A stretch of DNA of 30,341 bases from Bacillota bacterium (GTDB lineage Bacteria; Bacillota; Clostridia; Peptostreptococcales; Anaerovoracaceae), in NCBI GenBank assembly GCA_022706625.1, contig JAKJCD010000001.1, positions 10,251 to 40,591 on the forward strand, written 5' to 3'. Under the pieces are notes generated by a model that saw only the letters and a program-made list of their open reading frames with translations, made no database searches and was not told the origin of the DNA. Numbering within the stretch: the first letter of the stretch is position 1; each line of letters begins with the position of its first letter. Positions 1 to 7,986 of this stretch are shown here, piece by piece. The position numbers were made by a program, and so were the translations under genes.

Positions 1-1
1 T

Positions 2-2011
2 GCGGCAGTACTCGTCTCTGCCGCCATGATGCTATATGTAAAGGTCAACTATGATCTGAGTGATTTTCTCCCGGAGAGCGTCCCCTCAGTCACGGCATTG
101 AAAGAGATAAAAAAAAGCTTTTCCGGGGAAATACCTAACCTTTATGTTTATGTTGCCGATGTAAGCGTTCCGCAAGCTATGGATGCAAAGCAACGGATAT
201 CTTCTGTCAAGGGAGTTTTTTCAGTTATTTGGCTGGATGATACAGAAGATATATATCGTCCGATCACAAGTCTTGACCCCAAAAGTGTATCAGAATGGTA
301 TAAGGAAGAAGGGGCTCTTTTCCTGGTTGCCGGCGATACAGAACAAAGTACTTCTATTATTACAGAGATACGGGGACTGTTCGATAATGATACGATACTA
401 TCCGGGCCGTTGTTGGATCAGGCCACTATACAGTCGCTTTCGACAGGCGAGGTCTCAAAGATCATATTCTTTGTAATCCCTCTGGTAATGCTGGTGCTGT
501 TTGTGTCTACCAGTTCATGGTTTGAACCTGTACTGTTTCTTGCAGCAATCGGGGCAGCCATACTGCTTAATGAAGGTACCAATGTTTTTATTGGAGAGAT
601 ATCTTATGTGACCCAATCTACCAGTGCTGTGCTGCAATTGGCCGTATCAATGGATTACGCAGTCTTTCTCCTTCACAGTTTTTCCCGATACCGATCGGAA
701 GGAGGCTCAGTTGAAGCGGCCATGAAACATGCTATGAGAGAATCCGTATCGGCTATTGCAGCCAGTGCATCTACTACGGTGTTTGGATTCCTCGCCCTGA
801 CTTTGATGAAGTTCAAGCTCGGGCCTAACTTGGGACTGGTTCTTGCTAAGGGCATTCTATTCAGCTTTTTGTCAGTTATGCTGCTTTTACCTGTTCTTGC
901 CGTTTACACCACCAAACTTATGGATAGGACCCATCATCGATCATTTCTGCCTTCATTTGAGAGCTTCAGCAGGTTTATCATAAGGATCTGCATTCCATTG
1001 TCTTTATTCTTTGTTTTACTGATTGTGCCCAGTTTTCTTGCCCAGATGAACAATCATTTCGTTTACGGTTCATCCGGCATACACAGCGAGGATTCTGAGC
1101 TTGCAAGAGATGCGGAAAGGATCAAAGAAATATTCGGTCAAAGACAGCAAATGGTCCTTCTGGTTCCGGATGAAGATGCGGCAAAAGAAAAAGCTATGAC
1201 AGATGCCATTTCCGAATTTGCAGAAATAAAGACCGTCATATCCTATTCAAATACTGTAGGGACTCAGATACCTCCTGAATTTTTAAATGAGGAACAGATT
1301 TCTATCTTCCGATCCGAAGGAAAAAGCCGCATTATTCTTTATGCGGACACACCCGATGAAGGGAAGGAAGCTTTTGCTCTGGTGGAAAAGCTGCGAGAGA
1401 CGGCGGAAGAGTATTATGGTAAAAATTATTGGCTGGTAGGACAGAGTGTTATCAATTACGATTTGAAGGATACTATCGTAAAAGACGGGCCTCTGGTAAG
1501 CGGGGCGGCTATAATCGCTATCGGCCTCGTTCTTCTTATAACCTTCCGAAGCCTTACTCTTCCGTTAATACTGCTTATTACCATCGAGGGGGCGGTTTGG
1601 ATTAACTTGGGTCTGCCGTATTTTATGAACTCCAGCTTGAATTATATCGGGTTTTTGATCATCAGCTCAGTCCAGCTTGGCGCCACTGTGGATTACGGTA
1701 TCCTTTTCGCGAAGCATTACATGAGAAACCGGTTGTCTGAATCCGGGAAAGAGGCAGCCAGGCTGGCAATACGAAACACTTCAGCTTCGATCATGACACC
1801 GGCCTGCATTTTAGCCATTGCATGTCTTATTCTGGGGTTCATATCATCTAACGGCATTATCAGCGAGTTGGGTTTAATGTTAGGGAGAGGCACGATCATT
1901 TCGTCGATACTGGTGCTGATCCTTCTTCCGTCGCTTCTTATAATTTTTGACAGGGTAATCCAGAAGACTACTCTTGGGACCTGTCGAAAAAAACTGAATG
2001 AAATGGGGTAA
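2..2011 (+). CDS. MMPL/RND-superfamily membrane transporter (5'-truncated)
   Basis: The frame is open from base 2 (AAVLVSAAMMLYVKVNYDL...), so the true start probably lies upstream of the window. Two repeats of a soluble loop plus about 5-6 TM helices; MMPL-type motifs LQLAVSMDYAVFL and VQLGATVDYGIL. Confidence 0.88.
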   Translation, partial: AAVLVSAAMMLYVKVNYDLSDFLPESVPSVTALKEIKKSFSGEIPNLYVYVADVSVPQAMDAKQRISSVKGVFSVIWLDDTEDIYRPITSLDPKSVSEWYKEEGALFLVAGDTEQSTSIITEIRGLFDNDTILSGPLLDQATIQSLSTGEVSKIIFFVIPLVMLVLFVSTSSWFEPVLFLAAIGAAILLNEGTNVFIGEISYVTQSTSAVLQLAVSMDYAVFLLHSFSRYRSEGGSVEAAMKHAMRESVSAIAASASTTVFGFLALTLMKFKLGPNLGLVLAKGILFSFLSVMLLLPVLAVYTTKLMDRTHHRSFLPSFESFSRFIIRICIPLSLFFVLLIVPSFLAQMNNHFVYGSSGIHSEDSELARDAERIKEIFGQRQQMVLLVPDEDAAKEKAMTDAISEFAEIKTVISYSNTVGTQIPPEFLNEEQISIFRSEGKSRIILYADTPDEGKEAFALVEKLRETAEEYYGKNYWLVGQSVINYDLKDTIVKDGPLVSGAAIIAIGLVLLITFRSLTLPLILLITIEGAVWINLGLPYFMNSSLNYIGFLIISSVQLGATVDYGILFAKHYMRNRLSESGKEAARLAIRNTSASIMTPACILAIACLILGFISSNGIISELGLMLGRGTIISSILVLILLPSLLIIFDRVIQKTTLGTCRKKLNEMG

Positions 2012-2015
2012 TATA

Positions 2016-4163
2016 ATGAGACGTTATACCAGAGTCAAAAGGAATACAAGAAGGAATAAAAGGAAAAGAAGGGGACTGATATCAGCCGCCTTGATCTTTG
2101 CGCTTTTGATTTCTCTTTGCGTCCAAAGCTTTGCTCTCTCCGGTACCGCTCCGAAAGAAGAAGTGGTATATGTCAATTTGAGCAAGGGAGGCTCAGTGGA
2201 TGCCATACATGTGGTCAACAGCTTTGAACTGGATCAGGATGGCCGGATCATAGACTATGGCGATTATACGGCTTTCCGTGAAATGACCTCTTCAGGGAAA
2301 TTAAAGCTGGAAAAAGAAACTGTTACAATAGATGCCAAAGCGGGGAAACTATATTATGAAGGAACATTAAGGAAGAATTCAATACCTTGGTTATTTGATA
2401 TACGTTACTTTTTAAACGGAAAAGAGCTGTCGGGAGATGAAACGGCCGGGAAAAACGGCGCTTTGGAAATCAAAATGAGTATTCGGCAAAACCCGAAGAC
2501 CGGAGACGCTTTCTTCAGGCATTATACGCTTCAGGTGATGTTTAAACTGGATACTTCTGCATGTAAAAATATTATTGCAAAGGGAGCAACTATAGCTAAT
2601 GCGGGTAAATACAAACAGATCGCTTTTACGATACTGCCGGGAAGAACAGCGGATATTTCTCTGAAATCGGATGTTATCGACTTTGAAATGCCCGGGATAT
2701 CGATAAGCGGAATCCCTATGGAAATGGATATGGAATTTGAAAATGATCCGGCAATGATATCAAAACTCAGGGATTTAAAAGATGGGGTCATCAAGCTTGA
2801 TGACGGAGCAAATGAACTTCGCGACGGAGCAGAAGAGCTGTCTGAGGGCTCGGGTGACTTAAAAACAGGCGTTTCTGATCTTAAAACAGGTGTTTTAGAA
2901 CTGGCAGACGGAACAATAAAGCTTTCCGACGGTATTGAGGAATTAGCCGAAGGGGTCCGGAAAACAGATGACGGTACCGCTAAGCTGTCCGAGGCCACAG
3001 AGGAACTTACAAACGGAACAAAGGAGATGAATAAAGGGGCAAAGAAACTGCTTTCCGGTTCAGAAGAGATTTATAATGGCATAAAGGCAATAGACTCCGG
3101 GCTTTCACAGCTCACGTCTCAAAACGGCAGCCTTACGGAAGGAGCCGGAGAGATATTTGATTCGGTCCTTGAGGCTGCGAACGCGGAGCTTACAGCGCTG
3201 ATACCCGGTGTGATGGAATTGACGCGGGGGAATTTTGAACAAGTGATCGACGGTATATTAGAGCAGGCGGGAGGGGCTGCTTTGCAGGAAGCAATGGAGC
3301 AGGCAAGAAACGATATCACTTCACAAGTAACAGCAGCTGTTCTTATTCAAATCAGATCGGAAAATCCGGAAGCCAGTGAAGAAGAGATCGCTGGAATAAT
3401 GAGCAGTGAAACGGTACAATCTCAAATAACCATGGCGGTAACACAGCAATTATCCGCTGCTCAGGAGGAGATACTTGAAGCGGTGCAAGCGGGGCTCGCA
3501 GCAGATAGTGATTATATAGCTCTACTTACATTGAAAGGCAAGCTTCGGGGAATCCAGGATTTTTATAACGGACTTAAGGCATATACCGACGGTGTTTCGA
3601 GTATTGCCGGCGGAGCTTCAATCCTGACTTCCGGCATGCGTGACTGGCAAGGCGGGATGAGAGAACTGAGAGATGGCATGATAGAACTTCGTGATGGCAC
3701 AGTAGAACTGCATGACGGAGTCCTCGAGCTAAAAGACGGCACTTCCAAACTCCTGGAAGGGACTTTGGAACTAAAAAAGGGCTCATTGGAACTCAACGAC
3801 GGAATGGTTGAGCTCAAAGATGGCGTAGTAAAGCTTTTAGACGGAGCCATAGAGCTTCATGAAGGAATTGTGGAGTTTCACGACGGAACAGTGACTATGG
3901 CGGAAGGTACACTTAAATTCCGCGATAAGACATCAAACATCGAGGAGGATTTAAAAGATATCGTTAAGAAAAAAATCGACGAAATGTTAGGAAGAAATTT
4001 CAAGACTACATCTTTTGTTTCAGACAAAAATACTAATGTGCTGTCGGTACAATTTGTAATGCAGACCGAAAGCATCAGCATTCCTGAGGTGGAACCCGAT
4101 CCCGCTGAGCCTGATGAAGCCATGACCTTCTTTCAAAGACTTTTGGCGCTCTTCGGGTTTTGA
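2016..4163 (+). CDS. Secreted/membrane-associated protein with X-X-X-Leu-X-X-Gly heptad repeats (YhgE/Pip-like, MMPL-associated)
   Basis: ATG 2016 follows TGGGGT (the track start at 1998 is less likely). Very basic N-region, hydrophobic core and SFA|LS cleavage-like site; two heptad blocks; C-terminal SFVSDKN..SVQFVMQT and an amphipathic FFQRLLALFGF end. Confidence 0.75.
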   Translation: MRRYTRVKRNTRRNKRKRRGLISAALIFALLISLCVQSFALSGTAPKEEVVYVNLSKGGSVDAIHVVNSFELDQDGRIIDYGDYTAFREMTSSGKLKLEKETVTIDAKAGKLYYEGTLRKNSIPWLFDIRYFLNGKELSGDETAGKNGALEIKMSIRQNPKTGDAFFRHYTLQVMFKLDTSACKNIIAKGATIANAGKYKQIAFTILPGRTADISLKSDVIDFEMPGISISGIPMEMDMEFENDPAMISKLRDLKDGVIKLDDGANELRDGAEELSEGSGDLKTGVSDLKTGVLELADGTIKLSDGIEELAEGVRKTDDGTAKLSEATEELTNGTKEMNKGAKKLLSGSEEIYNGIKAIDSGLSQLTSQNGSLTEGAGEIFDSVLEAANAELTALIPGVMELTRGNFEQVIDGILEQAGGAALQEAMEQARNDITSQVTAAVLIQIRSENPEASEEEIAGIMSSETVQSQITMAVTQQLSAAQEEILEAVQAGLAADSDYIALLTLKGKLRGIQDFYNGLKAYTDGVSSIAGGASILTSGMRDWQGGMRELRDGMIELRDGTVELHDGVLELKDGTSKLLEGTLELKKGSLELNDGMVELKDGVVKLLDGAIELHEGIVEFHDGTVTMAEGTLKFRDKTSNIEEDLKDIVKKKIDEMLGRNFKTTSFVSDKNTNVLSVQFVMQTESISIPEVEPDPAEPDEAMTFFQRLLALFGF
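2766..3150 (+). repeat. Coding heptad (7-aa/21-nt) repeat block 1: LKDGVIK LDDGANE LRDGAEE LSEGSGD LKTGVSD LKTGVLE...
   Basis: L-x-x-G period-7 pattern read directly from the translation; boundaries approximate. Confidence 0.85.
3560..3920 (+). repeat. Coding heptad repeat block 2: LRDGMIE LRDGTVE LHDGVLE LKDGTSK LLEGTLE LKKGSLE LNDGMVE LKDG...
   Basis: Same period-7 L-x-D/E-G pattern; boundaries approximate. Confidence 0.85.
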
Positions 4164-4244
4164 TCGATTTCGTTTTTCAGTATGAAAGGCTGAAGATCCG
4201 GATATAACGCATCAACTGATATTATTAGCAGAAAGGAGAACGAT

Positions 4245-4505
4245 ATGAAGACCTTCATTAGGAACTGGACCTGTAAAAAACATATAGCAGCCGGGGTGAT
4301 GTTCTATACCACCCTTGCGATGGTCGGGAATGCATTGTTTAAAAATCCTTACGGTGCCCTGGAAAAAAATCGCAGCTTAACCGCTGCATGTAAAGCTATG
4401 CCAAAGAAGCAAAAGTGTTTTAATCAGATTTTGCTTGGATGCTTTGCCTTAGATATGGCAGCAAGCTGTATTTTGTTAAAAGCTTTGAAAAAGCTGGGAT
4501 CATAA
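4245..4505 (+). CDS. Hypothetical small basic membrane protein (86 aa, 5 Cys)
   Basis: Strong SD (GAAAGGAG) about 7 nt before ATG, two hydrophobic segments, followed by a terminator; no family recognised. Confidence 0.6.
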   Translation: MKTFIRNWTCKKHIAAGVMFYTTLAMVGNALFKNPYGALEKNRSLTAACKAMPKKQKCFNQILLGCFALDMAASCILLKALKKLGS

Positions 4506-4527
4506 CCGGATAAATCTCGATCCGGAA

Positions 4528-4562
4528 ACCCTTGCTCCGGCACGAGCGAGGGTGTTTTTTTA
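4528..4562 (+). terminator. Rho-independent terminator
   Basis: ACCCTTGCTC-cggcac-GAGCGAGGGT stem (one G.U pair) followed by GTTTTTTT. Confidence 0.8.
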
Positions 4563-4568
4563 TCCAGT

Positions 4569-4597
4569 TTGCTTTTTGTCAAGAATTCTTCCATAAT
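4569..4597 (+). promoter_or_regulatory. Putative sigma-A promoter for the DUF5685-dnaJ-like genes
   Basis: TTGCTT(4569-4574)-N17-CATAAT(4592-4597), just downstream of the terminator. Confidence 0.45.
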
Positions 4598-4614
4598 AAA
4601 GCAAGAGGTATGGG

Positions 4615-5505
4615 ATGTTTGGATATGTAGCACCGGATAAACCGGAACTGAGGATCAAAGAATATGAATTGTATTCCGCTTATTACTGCGGGATATGCAA
4701 GTCGGTAAAGGAAAGGTACGGTCAAATACCCCGGTTTGCTTTGAATTATGACTTTGTATTCCTGGCGTTATTGCTGGGCGCACTTCGTTCACCTTCGGAG
4801 GAAATCAAAAGAGAGAGATGCCCCGTACATCCAATCAGGAAACGTAGCGTTGTTTACAACGAGGCAGCAATAGATTATGCGGCGGATATGATGCTGCTTT
4901 TGACATATTACAAACTGCTTGATGACAAGCATGATGAAGGAGGTTTAAAACCTGCCGCAGCATTAGCTGTTCTTAAAAGCACCTACAAAAAGTTGATGAA
5001 AAGTTACGGCGAAAAATGTATAATGATTCAGAAAAAGCTCGTTGAAACAGCATTTATTGAAGAGCAGAAATGCACATCGCTGGACCGGGCAGCAGAGCCT
5101 TTTGCTAAACTGATGGAAGAGGTCTTTGCTGCGGAAGGTATATGCTGCAATAAAACAATACTGATGCAATTTCGAAAAATAGGCTATCATACAGGGAAAT
5201 GGTTATACCTGATTGATGCATATGACGACCTCGAGGAGGATGCCGCAAAAGGTTTATATAATCCGTTGCTGTTGCAGTGGGATTATCGGCCTGCTGAGGA
5301 GAATATGAGTTGTTTTCGTAAGCGGATCAAAGAACGCACAAGGTTTAATCTCTTGTTCTACCTCGCAGAGATATCCAAAGCCTGGGATTGCTTAGATGTC
5401 GAAAGAAACCGGCTGCTGGTGGAGAATATCTTATATTCCGGCTTGCTGAAGAAAACAGAAGAGATACTTGAGAAAGGAAATACAGAAGATGCAAAATCCC
5501 TATGA
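4615..5505 (+). CDS. DUF5685-family protein (Asp-rich motifs reminiscent of the isoprenoid-synthase fold)
   Basis: MFGYV..., YxAYYCGICxxxxxxYGxxPRxALNYD, CPVHP, DDKHD and YLIDAYDDLEEDxxKGxYNP match my recollection of the family; adjacent J-domain gene is its usual neighbour. Confidence 0.75.
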   Translation: MFGYVAPDKPELRIKEYELYSAYYCGICKSVKERYGQIPRFALNYDFVFLALLLGALRSPSEEIKRERCPVHPIRKRSVVYNEAAIDYAADMMLLLTYYKLLDDKHDEGGLKPAAALAVLKSTYKKLMKSYGEKCIMIQKKLVETAFIEEQKCTSLDRAAEPFAKLMEEVFAAEGICCNKTILMQFRKIGYHTGKWLYLIDAYDDLEEDAAKGLYNPLLLQWDYRPAEENMSCFRKRIKERTRFNLLFYLAEISKAWDCLDVERNRLLVENILYSGLLKKTEEILEKGNTEDAKSL

Positions 5506-6085
5506 AGTTCTGGGAATCAAAGAAGGAGCAAGCCCTGAGGAAATCAGAGCAGCATATAAAGAACAGGTAAAAAAATATCATCCGGATCTTCACCAGGATA
5601 ATCCTCTTTACGAATTAGCTGAAGAAAAGCTTCGGGAAGTCAACGAGGCATATGATTATCTCATGAAGAACGGAGGCTACAAGGCTAACAATACCGGTTA
5701 CCAGGGGGAAAAAACATATAGCTGGGAACATAGAAGGCAAAGCCCGGAGTTTCGTCAGGTAAGAATGGATATCGATCGCGGGGATCTGGGCGCTGCTGAA
5801 AATGTATTAAACCGCAGCAGTAACAGAGGCGCAGAATGGTTTTTTCTCAGCGGAATGATCTCTTTGCGAAAAGGCTGGTATGATGATGCAGTAACTAATG
5901 TGCAAACTGCCGTCAGCTTAGATCCTGACAATACCGAATACAGAGCTGCACTTAACAATATGATCATCACACCGGGAAGCTATAGGGCAAATGCTTATAG
6001 CCGAGGATACAGCAATTCTAATGAGGAGCTTTGCCGGATGATGCAATGCTATTGCTGTGCGGACATGCTCTGCGATTGCATGTAA
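5489..6085 (+). CDS. J-domain (DnaJ-like) protein with TPR-like region and Cys-rich C-terminus
   Basis: MQNPYEVLG...YHPD (intact HPD)...INEAY-like VNEAY; TPR-like helices (AEWFFLSG..GWYDDA..AVSLDP); ends CRMMQCYCCADMLCDCM. Start at 5489 after GAAAGGA rather than TTG 5468. Confidence 0.85.
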   Translation: MQNPYEVLGIKEGASPEEIRAAYKEQVKKYHPDLHQDNPLYELAEEKLREVNEAYDYLMKNGGYKANNTGYQGEKTYSWEHRRQSPEFRQVRMDIDRGDLGAAENVLNRSSNRGAEWFFLSGMISLRKGWYDDAVTNVQTAVSLDPDNTEYRAALNNMIITPGSYRANAYSRGYSNSNEELCRMMQCYCCADMLCDCM

Positions 6086-6169
6086 TCCCGACTGACTCTA
6101 TTCTTTTCGCATATCTTTTAGACTTGTCTCATAAAGATAGACAAATGCGGAGCGAAAGAGGGTTACGGG

Positions 6170-6706
6170 ATGAATAAGAGAAAATATGCCGGCAGAAATG
6201 CATCCTTTGGCAAGATGCTCCTTGCTTTTACCATAGTTGTGATATTGGCGGCAGGCGCCGGGTACGGTCTGGCTCAGTATGTCATAACGCCATTTTTCAC
6301 CGGGGAGGATAGCGAGATATCGCAGGAGAAAGGGCAGGAGCAGGATTTTACCGGCTCTGCCATCATAGCAGACCGCGTTGAGGTTGAAACAGAGCAAACA
6401 ACCGCCTCGCCGACAGAGAATACCGTTTTGACCGAGCAGGAGGATAAAGGAATCGATACATACGAAACCGCCTTGCTGTATTGCATACAATATGGCAGCT
6501 TCAGCGACCAGGCAGGTGCAATGACAGCGGCATCTGCACTTGAGTCTTCGGGCATTGCGGTAAAGATCATGAAGAAGGGCGACGCTTATAAACTTGTGGG
6601 TGCGCCGTATTTTTCAAAGGAAGAGGCAAAAATAACTTTAGCAGGAATAAAGAATGTCGAAAGCGATGATGCTTTTGTCACTACGGTGGAGGTGCGAATG
6701 AAATGA
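6170..6706 (+). CDS. Membrane-anchored SPOR-domain (peptidoglycan-binding) protein
   Basis: N-terminal TM, acidic linker, C-terminal YCIQYGSFS..A...A..L..G SPOR signature. Confidence 0.75.
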   Translation: MNKRKYAGRNASFGKMLLAFTIVVILAAGAGYGLAQYVITPFFTGEDSEISQEKGQEQDFTGSAIIADRVEVETEQTTASPTENTVLTEQEDKGIDTYETALLYCIQYGSFSDQAGAMTAASALESSGIAVKIMKKGDAYKLVGAPYFSKEEAKITLAGIKNVESDDAFVTTVEVRMK

Positions 6707-7986
6707 TGCCTTTATCAACTATGATGCGGCCTGAAAAACTGGATGAGTTCGTTGGACAAGGCCATTTTATGTATGATGGATCTTTGTTTTGCAATGCCAT
6801 AAAGAATAAAACATTTGAATCGGCTATTTTTTTCGGACCCTCCGGGACCGGAAAAACTACCCTGGCCAGATTGATCGCCCAAGAGATGGATTTAGATTTT
6901 TTTGAAATAAATGCCTCTACTACAGGAATAAAAGAGCTGAAGGAAATACTGGAAAAGGCAAAGGTCAAGTTTTTTGGGCTTCAGAAGCAAAAGACTTACC
7001 TTTATGTTGATGAATTCCATAGATGGAACAAGCTGCAGCAGGACTCACTGCTTAAGGCACTGGAGGAGGGCGTTGTCCGGTTTATCGGAAGCACTACGGA
7101 AAATCCGTATTTTTCTGTGAACAATGCAATACTAAGCAGAGTGCGTTCGATTTATGAATTTAAGAAGCTTTCGACTGATGATATAGTTAAGATCCTTCAT
7201 AACACACTGGACAACAAGGAACGGGGGCTTGGCAATCATTCACTTGTATGGCAGGAGGAGGCCTTGCATGCCCTTGCCGATCTTTCCGGAGGGGATGCAA
7301 GGATAGCTCTTGATACTCTGGGCTTCATTGCGGACAATATTAAATACGGCCAAACCATTGATATGCAGATCGTCGGCGAAGCGACCCAAAGGCAAATGAC
7401 TTTCTACGATCGAAAAGAGGACAAGTACAATCTGCTTTCAGCTTTGCAAAAATCAATAAGAGGCAGTGATCCGGATGCGTCATTGCACTATCTTGCCAGG
7501 CTTATTGACGGCGGGGCCGACGTTGTTACCATCGGCCGCCGCTTGTTGGTCATTTCCTGCGAAGACGTGGGAATGGCATATCCGCAGGCGGTGTCTATAG
7601 TGACTTCCTGCGTTCAGGCTTCGCAGATGGTGGGTTTGCCCGAGGCCAGGATAAATTTGGCGCAAGCTGTTATTTTGCTGTCTGTCTGTCCCAAATCCAA
7701 TTCGGTCATTTCTGCCATCGACAGGGCTTCCGAAGACCTCAGAACAAAAAACATCGACGATGTTCCGCTTCACCTAAAAGACAATAATTACAGCGGTGCA
7801 AAAAATAGAGGAATAGGCATCGGTTATAAATATCCTCATGCTTATGGGGGTTATGTTAAACAGCAGTATTTACCGGATAGTCTATATAACGCAGGGGTAA
7901 AGTATTATGAACCGACAGAAAACGGAAAAGAACTCTCGTTCAAAAAGTTTTTAGAAAGTATCAGAGGTTTCTGTAATGAAGATTAG
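6703..7986 (+). CDS. rarA: Replication-associated recombination protein A (RarA/MgsA AAA+ ATPase)
   Basis: PLSTMMRPEKLDEFVGQ, Walker A GPSGTGKTT, Walker B YVDEFHR, GSTTENP, SALQKSIRGSDPDA, YKYPH..QQYLP. Confidence 0.93.
   Translation: MMPLSTMMRPEKLDEFVGQGHFMYDGSLFCNAIKNKTFESAIFFGPSGTGKTTLARLIAQEMDLDFFEINASTTGIKELKEILEKAKVKFFGLQKQKTYLYVDEFHRWNKLQQDSLLKALEEGVVRFIGSTTENPYFSVNNAILSRVRSIYEFKKLSTDDIVKILHNTLDNKERGLGNHSLVWQEEALHALADLSGGDARIALDTLGFIADNIKYGQTIDMQIVGEATQRQMTFYDRKEDKYNLLSALQKSIRGSDPDASLHYLARLIDGGADVVTIGRRLLVISCEDVGMAYPQAVSIVTSCVQASQMVGLPEARINLAQAVILLSVCPKSNSVISAIDRASEDLRTKNIDDVPLHLKDNNYSGAKNRGIGIGYKYPHAYGGYVKQQYLPDSLYNAGVKYYEPTENGKELSFKKFLESIRGFCNED

Noticed and set aside
2766-3920. 21-nt periodic DNA repeats as a possible CRISPR or VNTR
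   Set aside because: They are degenerate, in-frame coding heptads with no constant repeat/unique spacer structure.
6098-6490. 130-aa minus-strand ORF overlapping the SPOR gene
   Set aside because: No family features; the plus-strand SPOR ORF has a clear domain and is coupled to rarA.
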